A stretch of 64,000 bases of DNA from a bacterium (GTDB lineage: Bacteria > Electryoneota > Electryoneia > Electryoneales > Electryoneaceae). The first letter of the stretch is position 1. Each line of letters begins with the position of its first letter. Below are positions 18,141-28,280 of this stretch, in pieces. Where the stretch lies: positions 3,168,001-3,232,000 of the forward strand of contig OY769902.1 of assembly GCA_963669175.1 (NCBI GenBank), written 5' to 3'. Under the pieces are notes generated by a model that searched no databases, was not told where the DNA came from, and worked only from the letters and a program-made list of their open reading frames with translations. A program made the position numbers and the translations under genes.

Positions 18141-19336
18141 GATTTGGAATTCCCATTTTGTGGCGTATTAAGAACTTTACTGGCTCCACGATAGCGTTGG
18201 CCTTTCCAGGTAAAGGAAAAGAACTGGCCACGCAGCACGGCATAACTGATTGCCGGGGGATGAACCAATTGAGTGATTACAAATTTAGGATAAGAGATAG
18301 ATTCACCAAAGCGATCACAGCCACGTTTCATGACAATGGATTCTAAGAAAATCTTTAGAGCATTCATGAACACTGGGATCCGGAAGGGAATTTTACCCAT
18401 CATGGCAAGCGCGATTCCTAGGTTGCTGCTCAGGATGCAACCACCCATACCCACCATGAGAGCCAGCAGGAACGGGGGATAGTAACCGCTCTTGGAACTC
18501 CACCGTGCACGTTGATTTACCCATTCCCGCAAGGTGTCAACCGGTTGACTGAACACGTAGCCTTCAGGGCGATCCACAAACACAACCTTGCCGCCATTTT
18601 TTGCCACATCTTGCAACAGGAATACATCATCACCAGAAGTCACATTAGCTGTGCTGGTGTATCCGCCGATGCGTTCATATACAATGCGTCGTGCTGCCAG
18701 GTTGGAGCCGTGCGCATTGGTTACATGCCCCATGCCGATCGTACCGGCTGCGCCAACTGAATATGAGAGGTGTTCCAGGCTTTCCAGGTCAGACCACCAG
18801 GGAGTAGGTTTGCCGTTGGGACGAACAAAACGACTGACTCCGGTAGCGCCTGCCACCTTGGGATCAGTAAACGGTGACACGATTGCGCGAAGCCAGGATT
18901 TCCCCATCCAGCAATCAGCATCCGTGGTTACGATGATTTCACCGGTCGCTTTTTTTATGCCCTGACCGAGTGCGTATTTCTTCGGTGAACGTCCGCTGGG
19001 CGTTTCCCCATCACGAATCCGTAGTATACTGTACTTGACGTGACTGTGGCGTTGCTTGACCAGGTCTGAGGTATTGTCCCGGCTTCTGTCATCAACGACG
19101 ATGACGTCGAATTTGTCTCGAGGATAATCCTGCGCTTCCAGGCTGTCCAGCAATCGGCCAATACGGGTTTCTTCATCACGTGCTGCCACAACAACGGTCA
19201 CAGTCGGGAGGGGATCGTCATCCTTCAGGAAACGTGATCGCTTCATCCGTACCAGTCCGGTATATGTAATAGCCAGAAAGGCGAGATAGCCTAATCCCAT
19301 TATCCAGGAAAACATGTAGTACAACGTGGCAATCAA
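18137..19336 (-). CDS. Membrane GT2 glycosyltransferase
   Basis: VDDRS, TDADC, SGDD, QRARW motifs; TM helices. Confidence 0.9.
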   Translation of the reverse strand: MIATLYYMFSWIMGLGYLAFLAITYTGLVRMKRSRFLKDDDPLPTVTVVVAARDEETRIGRLLDSLEAQDYPRDKFDVIVVDDRSRDNTSDLVKQRHSHVKYSILRIRDGETPSGRSPKKYALGQGIKKATGEIIVTTDADCWMGKSWLRAIVSPFTDPKVAGATGVSRFVRPNGKPTPWWSDLESLEHLSYSVGAAGTIGMGHVTNAHGSNLAARRIVYERIGGYTSTANVTSGDDVFLLQDVAKNGGKVVFVDRPEGYVFSQPVDTLREWVNQRARWSSKSGYYPPFLLALMVGMGGCILSSNLGIALAMMGKIPFRIPVFMNALKIFLESIVMKRGCDRFGESISYPKFVITQLVHPPAISYAVLRGQFFSFTWKGQRYRGASKVLNTPQNGNSKS

Positions 19337-20403
19337 AGTGATGATTCTCCCCGGTTAACGCCACCGTCAGCGATGGTTTTTGCGCGAGTTTGCAGTACGA
19401 CGAACAGGCCGATAATGGCCGGTAACAGAACATTCAGGCCAAACAGGAGTAATGATGCACTGAATGCCGCTGCATCATTGATCCCGAAACGACTATAGAA
19501 GGAAACAGCCGCCCATTCGCCAACACCAAGTGATCCTACGGATACCGGCAACGCGGTTTTGACGAAGAGTACGGCCCCGTACGTATGAGCCGCAACAGTC
19601 CATTGCACCGGTTGAAACGCTCGAGTCAGGAAATAGAACTGGGTGAGGATAATTCCCATCTGAACTATGGTAAACAGCAGTGCCCGCAGCGTATGTGTTG
19701 TAGACAGACGTTCATACGCATTGAGAATATCCATGTATTTCGATTTGTTGCCAAAGGCAATCTGAATACCGAGTAGCATGCTCTTGATTGGACGAGGATC
19801 AATGGCCAGCCAGATGTAACACAGCGGCAGGAACAATACGAACAGGAAAGCTCCGGTTTGCATTTTTTCCGGCAGTGCATCCGCGAAACCGGGCATGGTA
19901 TAGAGGAGCATGGGACCGGTTAGAGAGACCAACCCCATGAAATACAGCTTATCAACCACATGCAGGCCTACCAGTCGGATGCGTGAGGGAGCACGTAACA
20001 GAAATACTCGGCCCACTTCACCAATACGGCCCGGGGTAATCAACCCAATGGAAAAACCACCCAGCACACTTAACAGGATACGCCACGCTTTTGTCTGCGG
20101 GTACTCACTGCGAACAAAGACTCCCCACCGGACAGCCTGAAGTACCAGGTTCAGGGGAGAAAGAAGGCCGGCCAGCAACAAGTAGATGCCATCTGCTTCA
20201 CGAATCGCGGTTTTCAACTCGCTGATTGTGATGGTGCTGACAAGGAAGTAAAGCAACCCAGCGGTTACGCCTATCTTCAGAGCCCAAACCAGGATCTGTT
20301 TGATACGACGAGTACGGAGAGACTGGCCCTTGTCCTCATCTTGTCCGACAAGGCTTTTCAGTAACGATGCAACGAATTCCAGGAAGCCAGCCAAGGGTAT
20401 CAC
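19333..20403 (-). CDS. Lysylphosphatidylglycerol synthase TM / UPF0104 flippase-like membrane protein
   Basis: QAVRW, TPGRIGEVGR, GSLGVGE motifs; multiple TM helices. Confidence 0.85.
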   Translation of the reverse strand: MIPLAGFLEFVASLLKSLVGQDEDKGQSLRTRRIKQILVWALKIGVTAGLLYFLVSTITISELKTAIREADGIYLLLAGLLSPLNLVLQAVRWGVFVRSEYPQTKAWRILLSVLGGFSIGLITPGRIGEVGRVFLLRAPSRIRLVGLHVVDKLYFMGLVSLTGPMLLYTMPGFADALPEKMQTGAFLFVLFLPLCYIWLAIDPRPIKSMLLGIQIAFGNKSKYMDILNAYERLSTTHTLRALLFTIVQMGIILTQFYFLTRAFQPVQWTVAAHTYGAVLFVKTALPVSVGSLGVGEWAAVSFYSRFGINDAAAFSASLLLFGLNVLLPAIIGLFVVLQTRAKTIADGGVNRGESSL

Positions 20404-20414
20404 CCGGGTAAATT

Positions 20415-21536
20415 TCAGGCGCGTCCGCGATTAAACCTGCGGCCTTTCCATTCAAATGAGCCAAACAGGGCTTTAGGCCAGATCACCCAAAGCGCAAAAG
20501 GCGCCACAGTCATGGCAACCAGCGCGATCAGGCCACGGGTATAGTCATGCAGCACTCGTGATGCGCTCAAGTACATCACCCCGTCAAACAGCCACTTCCG
20601 CTGCCAGGCTTTCCAAACCTTCCGTTTGTCAACAACACCAAAGAGAGCCAGTAAAGTAGCAGCAGCCAATCCCAGGAACAGGGCATTTCCGATTGCCCCG
20701 ATAACCCACCAGCCACGGGCGTAGTTGAAACCGACTGACATATGACGCGCCTTGGTCCGGAGGGCGGCTTTGCTTTCGGGAACCTTGGAGGGGACAAAAG
20801 CACGTTGATCTGCTGCAAAGGCGGCTTTCCAGTCCGTCTTTGCCGCGACCTGCTGGAGAAACAGGTCATCGTCCCCGGAAGCCATCCGTCCGCCGGCGCC
20901 ATAACCACCAAGATCAAGGTATATCTTTCTACGGAATGAGAAATTGCGTCCCATCGCGTTGAAGGGATAGCCAAGCCCGAGCGCCGCAGCAGAGAGAGCG
21001 GTTGCGGACCAGGATTCGCCCTCCAGGAGACGTTCGATGAAATTGGTCCCACCGGAAAGAGGACTGTAGCCGACAATCGCGCCGATATGATCTTCCATGT
21101 ATCCTGACAATGCGGAAAGCCATTCCGGAGGAGGCACGCAGTCAGCGTCAGTGGATACGATCCATTCGGCCCTGGTTTGACGAATAGCTGTGTCCAGGGC
21201 GCGTTTCTTCGGGCTCGGAATATCTATTTCCGGGTTGGAATGAACAGCGTGAATACGACTGTCCGATTCCTGTGCTTCCGCGGCTATCCGGTATGTATCA
21301 TCTTCCGAATCGTCATCGATTATCCAGAATTCTACCGATTCCTTGGGGTAATCCTGCGCCTTGAGGGCTTCGATGAGAGTGGGAAGATTGTCAGCTTCGT
21401 TTCTTGCCGCAACACAGACTGCGATTGTAGGCGGTACAAGTGGCGCAGGTTTATTCGCCTGCTTCAGTGTTCGGGCAGTGCCGGCCACCATACAGCCGGA
21501 CAAGGCTCCGTATCCAAGGGTAAACCAATTCAGCAC
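20415..21536 (-). CDS. Membrane GT2 glycosyltransferase
   Basis: ARNEA, IDDDS, TDADC, SGDDD; GAAGGAG RBS before GTG 21536. Confidence 0.88.
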   Translation of the reverse strand: MLNWFTLGYGALSGCMVAGTARTLKQANKPAPLVPPTIAVCVAARNEADNLPTLIEALKAQDYPKESVEFWIIDDDSEDDTYRIAAEAQESDSRIHAVHSNPEIDIPSPKKRALDTAIRQTRAEWIVSTDADCVPPPEWLSALSGYMEDHIGAIVGYSPLSGGTNFIERLLEGESWSATALSAAALGLGYPFNAMGRNFSFRRKIYLDLGGYGAGGRMASGDDDLFLQQVAAKTDWKAAFAADQRAFVPSKVPESKAALRTKARHMSVGFNYARGWWVIGAIGNALFLGLAAATLLALFGVVDKRKVWKAWQRKWLFDGVMYLSASRVLHDYTRGLIALVAMTVAPFALWVIWPKALFGSFEWKGRRFNRGRA

Positions 21537-21694
21537 GGAAACTCCTTCAGGTTCAGACGCGTTTATCCACTGATGGATAAATCCACTTGTTAAAATAGTG
21601 TAGTTCTCCCGCTCGCGCCAAGTAAGACCGTCCCGCTTTGCAATGTGAGCTATATTGGGCCTAAACTGTACCAAGTGGTCAACAAAAACCTGGC

Positions 21695-23458
21695 TTGAAA
21701 GAAGTTGTTGTGACGGTTTTCAAACGCCTACTACCCTATTACGCACCTTATCGAGCGCTGGTTATCGCCGGTCTGCTCTTCGTGGTCATCACCAATATCT
21801 TCAAGGTGGTGGGACCATGGATCATGCGCAATGCGGTCAACGGTCTCGAGACTGGCATCACTGCGTCCGGTCTCTGGCGTGATGCCGGTTTAATCATGGG
21901 CACCGCTGTTGTCTCAGGCATTTTTCGCTACCTGATGCGCAAGACTGTCATCGGTGTCAGCCGCCATATCGAGTATGATTTAAGACAGAACTTGTTCCGT
22001 CATTTCCTCACCCTGGACACCTCTTATTATGATCGGAGCCGGATCGGAGACCTGTTGACACGTTCAACCTCCGATATCGAACAGGTCCGCATGGTCATTG
22101 GTCCCGCGTTGATGTATACCGTCAATACCTTCTTCAGCCTCGCTTTCAGCTTTGTACTGATGACCATGATCAGTCCCTTGCTGACCTTGCTTGTTGCAGT
22201 CGTTGTCCCAGTCATTGCCGGACTGGTCTTCTGGGTGGGGAAGAGGATTCACAAGAAATCCACGGAAACCCAGGAAGCCTATTCCGACCTCTCCGCTGTG
22301 GTACAGGAGAACCTGTCCGGGATGCGAGTCGTAAAGGCATTCCGCCAGGAAGCGGCGCAGGAGGAGTTGTTTGAAGAAAAGAATCAGAAATACTTCAAGC
22401 ACAGCTTTAGTCTTGGTGTATTGCAGGCAGTGTTTTTCCCCTCTGTAATGATTGTTTTCGGAGTCGCGGTCGCGGGGATTCTCCTGCTGGGGGGATACCT
22501 GATTATCGAACGTGACAGTTTCATGATTGGTGATTTTGTCGCGTTTATTACCTACCTGATGATGTTGACCTGGCCCATGATCTCGATTGGTTGGGTGGTT
22601 GGTTTGTTCCAGCGTGGCGCAGCTTCCCAGGCGCGTCTGGATGCGCTTTTCGACATCGTGCCGGAAATACATGATCCTGAAAAACCAGTTGTACCCGGTG
22701 AATTCAGGGGAACAGTTTCTTTCAAAGATGTGACTTTCACCTATCCTCAGGCGGAAACAGCAGCATTAAAAGATATCTCGTTTCATGTGCCAGAAGGCAG
22801 TACGCTGGGAATTGTCGGTCGTGTCGGAAGTGGAAAATCTACCATTCTCTCTCTTTTGGCCCGGTTGTATGATCCGCAGCAGGGTAGTATTCAGCTTGAT
22901 GGGATCGATATCAGCGGCTATAAAGTGAATGACCTGCGTGATCAGTTTGCCTATGTTCCACAGGATCCGCTTCTGTTTTCGACCAGTCTGAGAGAAAACA
23001 TCACTTTCGGGATCAAAGATTTTACTGAGCAGGATATAGAGGAAGCGCTGGAGATCAGCAGGTTGATTCAGGATATCCCCGACTTTCCCGATGGTTTGAA
23101 TACGGAAATCGGGGAACGTGGCATTACACTTTCCGGTGGTCAGAAGCAACGTGTGGCCATTGCTCGGGCCGTGATACGCAAGCCTCCGGTTATTATCCTG
23201 GATGATGCGCTAAGTGCAGTCGATGCCAATACGGAAGAGCGTATCCTTGCGAACTTGAAGACGTTTATGAATAACCGCACAGCGATCATTGTCAGCCATC
23301 GTTTCTCGAGTATTCGTGACGCGAATGAAATTATTGTGCTCGAGGAAGGCGTTATTGTAGAGCGGGGGAAACACGCCGACTTGATGGATCGCGGAGGAAC
23401 ATACACGGAACTGTTTGAGCGACAGAAAATGCGTGAAGAGCTGGAGAAACACGTATGA
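21695..23458 (+). CDS. ABC exporter, fused permease/ATPase (MdlA-like)
   Basis: TM domain; GRVGSGKS, LSGGQKQR, ILDD. Confidence 0.93.
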   Translation: MKEVVVTVFKRLLPYYAPYRALVIAGLLFVVITNIFKVVGPWIMRNAVNGLETGITASGLWRDAGLIMGTAVVSGIFRYLMRKTVIGVSRHIEYDLRQNLFRHFLTLDTSYYDRSRIGDLLTRSTSDIEQVRMVIGPALMYTVNTFFSLAFSFVLMTMISPLLTLLVAVVVPVIAGLVFWVGKRIHKKSTETQEAYSDLSAVVQENLSGMRVVKAFRQEAAQEELFEEKNQKYFKHSFSLGVLQAVFFPSVMIVFGVAVAGILLLGGYLIIERDSFMIGDFVAFITYLMMLTWPMISIGWVVGLFQRGAASQARLDALFDIVPEIHDPEKPVVPGEFRGTVSFKDVTFTYPQAETAALKDISFHVPEGSTLGIVGRVGSGKSTILSLLARLYDPQQGSIQLDGIDISGYKVNDLRDQFAYVPQDPLLFSTSLRENITFGIKDFTEQDIEEALEISRLIQDIPDFPDGLNTEIGERGITLSGGQKQRVAIARAVIRKPPVIILDDALSAVDANTEERILANLKTFMNNRTAIIVSHRFSSIRDANEIIVLEEGVIVERGKHADLMDRGGTYTELFERQKMREELEKHV

Positions 23459-25236
23459 GTCGGCGGGGCTCAATTCACGAAGAAGAGAACCTGGGGAAGA
23501 TTTACGATCACCGGCTGGTGACAAGGTTGATGGCCTATATCAAACCCTACTGGTTCCGTGTGCTTGTTGCCGTCATCCTGCTGATCGGTATTGCTGCGCT
23601 TGAACAGTTGACACCTTATCTGACCAAGGTTGCGATAGACAATCATATTGTCAAGGGTGATTTCAAGGGGCTGATTGGTATTGTCGGCCTGATTGCCCTA
23701 CTATCCCTGGTTGTTGCTATGGGGAAGATTGTCCAGGCTATTCTGACCAGCTATGTCGGAGAACGTGTCATGTTTGATCTCCGCCGGGAAATCTTCCATC
23801 ACCTGCAATCCCTGTCACTTCGCTTCTTTGACCGGAATCCGGTGGGAAGACTGGTAACCCGAAACACCTCAGATGTTGCCACCTTGAGTGAGATTTTTTC
23901 CAGCGGTGTGGTTGTAATATTCGGCGATCTGATCACGCTGGTGTTTATCGTGGCTGCCATGCTGATGATCAATGTCCAGTTGGCGCTGGTATCGTTTACC
24001 GTGGTGCCGTTGCTGGTGCTGGTTACTTTCCTTTCAAGAATGAAGCTGCGCGATGCGTTTCGTGGTGTCCGCGTAAAAGTTGCAGCCATGACCGCCTTCA
24101 TGCAGGAACATTACAGCGGAATGCGTATCATTCAACTGTTTAACCATCAGAAAAAAGTGGATGACAGATTTGCAGAGGTCAATAACGACACAAAATTCGC
24201 CCACCTTCGAACTGTTGCCCTCTTTTCTATTTTCTTTCCACTTATAGAAGTGATTGGGGCGCTTTCAACAGTGCTCATCCTGCTGCGCGGCGGTTTCCTG
24301 GTTCTGGATGATGCGATCACGATTGGTGTGCTGGTTGCGTTTTTCCAGTATGCAGAACGGTTTTTCCGGCCGATTCGTGAGCTGTCGGAGAAATACAACA
24401 TTTTTCAGGCAGGTCTTGCATCAGCGGAACGAGTTTTCAATTTGCTGGATACCGAACCGGATATGATGGAACCCGTGAATCCTCATGCTTCCAGTACAGT
24501 CAAGGGGGAAATTGAGTTCAAGAATGTGCTGTTTGAGTATAACAAAGGTGAAGAGATTCTGCATGACATTTCTTTCCATGTCAAACCGGGGGAGACGATT
24601 GCGATTGTCGGTTCTACCGGTGCGGGAAAAACGACTGTTGCCAACCTGATCGGCAGATTCTACGATACCACAGGCGGGAATGTATTTATTGATGGGGTGG
24701 ATGTTCGGAAATGGGATCGGGATGCCTTGATGCACAGTATCTGTTATGTTCATCAGGATGTGTTCATGTTTAACGGGACTGTCCGGGATAACATAACCCT
24801 GGGTGACGAGTATTCGGATGATCAGGTGATCGAAGCAGCGAAAACTGTAAACGCGGACCGTTTCATTCAACAATTACCGCAGGGATATCATGAGCAGGGA
24901 ACAGAACGTGGCGCCACTTTTTCCACAGGACAGCGTCAACTCCTGTCGTTTGCCCGTGCTCTGATCAGGAATCCCCGAATTCTGATCCTTGATGAAGCGA
25001 CCAGTTCCGTAGACTCAGAGACGGAATTCCTGATCCAGCAGGCGATGGAGCGTCTTCAAAAAGGGCGTACCTCTATTGTCATCGCACACCGATTATCCAC
25101 CATCATGAATGCAGATCGTATCCTCGTATTCCACAAGGGACGCCTTTGCGAAGCGGGATCGCATACCAATCTTCTGGAGCGCAGAGGGATTTACCACAGG
25201 TTGTTCCAACTACAGTACAGCCACACGGCGGCATAA
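23455..25236 (+). CDS. ABC exporter, fused permease/ATPase (MdlB-like heterodimer partner)
   Basis: GSTGAGKT, degenerate signature FSTGQ, ILDEAT, AHRLS. Confidence 0.93.
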   Translation: MSRRGSIHEEENLGKIYDHRLVTRLMAYIKPYWFRVLVAVILLIGIAALEQLTPYLTKVAIDNHIVKGDFKGLIGIVGLIALLSLVVAMGKIVQAILTSYVGERVMFDLRREIFHHLQSLSLRFFDRNPVGRLVTRNTSDVATLSEIFSSGVVVIFGDLITLVFIVAAMLMINVQLALVSFTVVPLLVLVTFLSRMKLRDAFRGVRVKVAAMTAFMQEHYSGMRIIQLFNHQKKVDDRFAEVNNDTKFAHLRTVALFSIFFPLIEVIGALSTVLILLRGGFLVLDDAITIGVLVAFFQYAERFFRPIRELSEKYNIFQAGLASAERVFNLLDTEPDMMEPVNPHASSTVKGEIEFKNVLFEYNKGEEILHDISFHVKPGETIAIVGSTGAGKTTVANLIGRFYDTTGGNVFIDGVDVRKWDRDALMHSICYVHQDVFMFNGTVRDNITLGDEYSDDQVIEAAKTVNADRFIQQLPQGYHEQGTERGATFSTGQRQLLSFARALIRNPRILILDEATSSVDSETEFLIQQAMERLQKGRTSIVIAHRLSTIMNADRILVFHKGRLCEAGSHTNLLERRGIYHRLFQLQYSHTAA

Positions 25237-25557
25237 AAAAAACGGTTCCTTACAAGAATTTGTGCAGAAATGTTGTGGCAGGTCTTGGCGCGATTGGCTT
25301 TCTTGTCACTTTGTCAACTTTTTTTTTAGAAATTGCGATTTGGTTGTATGCGCTTTTTTTACACTTTTCACTGGTCGCGTTGTGACCTGCTACATAATCG
25401 GGAGAAGTGTTCAACGTCAGGTCACAACGTGATGCCATCAGAATTCCTCCCAAAAGTTTGATAAAGGTCATTGAAAAGTTTGGTGTCAGGACAAAATCCA
25501 AAATCACGCATCACGTCAAGACCTGACGCAACATATTGAGTATAGCCACACGGCGGC
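25214..25557. repeat. REP-like cluster flanked by 19-bp direct repeats duplicating the ABC gene 3' end
   Basis: AGTA(C/T)AGCCACACGGCGGC at 25214-32 and 25539-57; four alternating CAGGTCnnnRCGYGA copies inside. Confidence 0.7.
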
Positions 25558-25653
25558 TTGATCTATAACCCCCACAGAGAAATCGTTTCCCACGAGTGGC
25601 GAGGCGAAAAGTGAGATCGTACCTTAAAGTTTGTCTTTTTCGGGAGGCGGTGC

Positions 25654-26679
25654 GTGAGCAAGGCGATTTCAGTCAGCGAATTCGCAAAACAGGTCAGGGA
25701 TGGGAAACCTGCGCCGGTATACCTGGCGCTGGGCAACGAGCCTCTCCTGTTTGATGAAGTCGCCGGCTTTACGCTTGAGCTTGTGGACGAAACCACCCGG
25801 GATTTCAATTTTGACAGCTATTCCGGTGACGAGCTGGCGGTAGATACGATTGCGTCTTCGGTCAACGAATTGCCCATGATGGCGGAACGCCGGGTGATAC
25901 TCGTGAAACGCGCCGAGAGCCTGACGCCAAAAATACAGAACTTCCTGACTGACTATGTGAAAAATCCCTCGGAAGACAGCGTGCTGGTGATGCTGATGGA
26001 AGGGGATATCAAGGCAAAATGGAAGCAGACGCTTGTGAAGCAGGTCACGACAATCCGTTGTGAAACTCCGCAACGTGGGGAACTGCTTCGCTGGATACTG
26101 GATCGTGCGAACTCATTGTCGCTGACGATAGCGGATGAAGCGTTGTCGCTGATGACTGAATCGCGCGAAGTGCGTCTGATTGATTTGGCCGGTGAGCTGG
26201 AAAAGGCATCGCTGCTACTTGGTGAAGGCGGCACCCTTTCGCTGGACGTGCTTCAGACTATCTGGGGAATGGAGCCTGAGGTCAATATCTGGACATTTTT
26301 TGACCGCGTGGTCAGTGGAAGAATGCCGGATGTATGGCGGGAGTTCAAGTATCTCGAGACAGAATTCGAGAAGGACAGCAGGCAGGCCGGGTTTATTCTG
26401 AGCCAGGTCGGACGCCGTTTCAGGCTGGTCGCCAAAGAACGTGAATATGATATGCGACGGGTCAGTCCGGGGTCACGCAGTTGGTCGGGCAAGACAGAAA
26501 CGACCTGGCGTATGATGAGCCGACAGGTCAAGTCAATGCCTTTGGATGCGGCACAACGTGGAATTGACTCTCTGCGCCAATTGGACCGCGAACGTAAAAC
26601 AACATCGAAGAAAGCTGGACGGATGTTCGAACGCTTCATGGTGGAACATTCCCAGCGTTGCGAGAAAGCCTCGCGATGA
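25654..26679 (+). CDS. holA: DNA polymerase III delta subunit
   Basis: PVYLALGNE, FNFD, LPMMAERRVILVK, ELEK; ~340 aa. Confidence 0.85.
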   Translation: MSKAISVSEFAKQVRDGKPAPVYLALGNEPLLFDEVAGFTLELVDETTRDFNFDSYSGDELAVDTIASSVNELPMMAERRVILVKRAESLTPKIQNFLTDYVKNPSEDSVLVMLMEGDIKAKWKQTLVKQVTTIRCETPQRGELLRWILDRANSLSLTIADEALSLMTESREVRLIDLAGELEKASLLLGEGGTLSLDVLQTIWGMEPEVNIWTFFDRVVSGRMPDVWREFKYLETEFEKDSRQAGFILSQVGRRFRLVAKEREYDMRRVSPGSRSWSGKTETTWRMMSRQVKSMPLDAAQRGIDSLRQLDRERKTTSKKAGRMFERFMVEHSQRCEKASR

Positions 26680-27299
26680 GCACTCCGAAAACACAAGCAT
26701 TTGCCGACCTCACCGATGAAGATCTGATGGCGAGGGTTCAACAGAACGATGAATATGCGTTCGAGGAGCTGGTCAATCGTTACCAGCACCAGTTGACCAC
26801 GTTTATCGGAAACTTTGTCGGGCAGGGAGCGCATACCCAGGATATTCTGCAGGAAACTTTTATCCGTGTCTGGAAACACCGGATGCGGTATAAGACTGTT
26901 GCCAAGTTCTCTACATGGGTGTACACGATTGCAGGAAATTTGGCGAAAACAGAACTGAGACGTCAGAAAATCAGGCGTGCATTTCGCATTAATACCGGTG
27001 GTGAGGCCCAGGAAGAAGAGGGGATCGATGTTGAGGATCAGTTTGCCGATCCTGAGCAGGATGCCTTACGCAGCGAGATCGCGGAAGTGGTCCGTCGTGA
27101 AATGGGACGTTTGCCGAAGGTGTATCGTAGCGCTGTGATTTTGCGAGACATTCAGGACAAGAGTTACGAGGAAGTGGCGGAGATACTGCAAATTCCGGTA
27201 GGCACGGTTAAATCACGAGTTAACCGTGGCAGGAGCATTCTACAGAAGAAACTGGGTTCTCTTCGAGAGCCCGGACAGTCCGGTTGGGAACCTGACTGA
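26676..27299 (+). CDS. ECF RNA polymerase sigma factor (RpoE/SigW-like)
   Basis: DILQETF, FSTWVYTIAGN, SYEEVAEILQIPVGTVKSRVNRGR. Confidence 0.93.
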   Translation: MSTPKTQAFADLTDEDLMARVQQNDEYAFEELVNRYQHQLTTFIGNFVGQGAHTQDILQETFIRVWKHRMRYKTVAKFSTWVYTIAGNLAKTELRRQKIRRAFRINTGGEAQEEEGIDVEDQFADPEQDALRSEIAEVVRREMGRLPKVYRSAVILRDIQDKSYEEVAEILQIPVGTVKSRVNRGRSILQKKLGSLREPGQSGWEPD

Positions 27300-27311
27300 G
27301 GCTCTTGCGTA
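27287..27311 (+). promoter_or_regulatory. ECF-type promoter upstream of putative anti-sigma
   Basis: GGAAC-N16-CGTA. Confidence 0.6.
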
Positions 27312-27432
27312 TACCCACTGTAATCAGCATCCAAACGTCACCAATATTTGGTACTTGACTATGGTGTCTACAGGGAGACCCGAGTCGAAGAAGAGGATGA
27401 GTATACGATAACTTTGTTCAGAGTGTAGAAAG

Positions 27433-27990
27433 ATGGATACTACCGATTTCGAACGGCTGTGGCCGAAGCGCGCACAGCTCAGTCCGGAGCAGGCTAAAAA
27501 GCTCGAAGATGCACAGAAGTCCGATACCTATTGCCGCGATTTTGCGAATGGTGGCGATCAGGTTCACTTGGTCCTTCGAAGATTTGAGGCGAAAGCTCCC
27601 ACTTCAGAATTGTCTTACCGCATGCGCGTTTACGCGCACAACAACCAAAAGGCTGGCATATCCCTTTTTGAAAGAGGTGGAGTGCGTTGGGCCAGTCTGG
27701 CGGTGGGATTATTCATGGGGGCCACGCTAATCACCTTCAGCCTGGATTCCCTGCCGGTTGGGCAGCAGGCGACACGCGCATCCCTGGTTAATGCGGATTC
27801 AATCTCACGAAACAGTGTGATTGTTGATGTGGATGAATCCATGAGCGTGGACAAAACAAGGTTGATTTCCCAAGTTGATTCTATTGGGCCGGCCACGGAC
27901 AGGGAGCAGAAAGTCACGAAGATCATTCCTGAATCTGCGATGAAAATGCAGATGGTAAGCGGAACTTCGGGGGTAGAGTTGATTCCCTGA
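27433..27990 (+). CDS. Putative single-pass anti-sigma factor
   Basis: Follows ECF sigma; ~85-aa cytoplasmic N-terminus, one TM helix, periplasmic tail. Confidence 0.6.
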   Translation: MDTTDFERLWPKRAQLSPEQAKKLEDAQKSDTYCRDFANGGDQVHLVLRRFEAKAPTSELSYRMRVYAHNNQKAGISLFERGGVRWASLAVGLFMGATLITFSLDSLPVGQQATRASLVNADSISRNSVIVDVDESMSVDKTRLISQVDSIGPATDREQKVTKIIPESAMKMQMVSGTSGVELIP

Positions 27991-28088
27991 GGTTGCTCCA
28001 GGGATTGTGAAACAGCTTGAACTTACACGGATCGGGCCTTAACTTCCAAGGCTAGATCCGTTTTGTGTTTAACCAGTGGAGTAAGATC

Positions 28089-28280
28089 ATGGCAAAGGGT
28101 AAAACCTTTTCGGCCAAGTTGGCTAAGGGTAAGCAGAAGCGTCTGAACGAGGCCGGTGAAGAAGTCACCAGCGTCCGTGTACTGAAGCCGCAGGAAGTTC
28201 CGGGAAAACCCGGTGTTTTCCGTTACCGTGCGGTTATGGTCGATGTGACGGCGTCGAATGAGAAAGAAATCTTTGGCTAG
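28089..28280 (+). CDS. Small basic hypothetical protein (DUF4295-like)
   Basis: GGAG RBS; MAKGKTFSAKLAKG...FRYR; 63 aa. Confidence 0.6.
   Translation: MAKGKTFSAKLAKGKQKRLNEAGEEVTSVRVLKPQEVPGKPGVFRYRAVMVDVTASNEKEIFG

Noticed and set aside
25250-25507. 85-aa minus and 79-107-aa plus ORFs between the ABC gene and holA
   Set aside because: They run through the repeat cluster and homopolymer tracts with no protein-like features
25279-25528. Possible mini CRISPR array
   Set aside because: Repeats alternate in orientation, spacing is irregular and no cas genes are present
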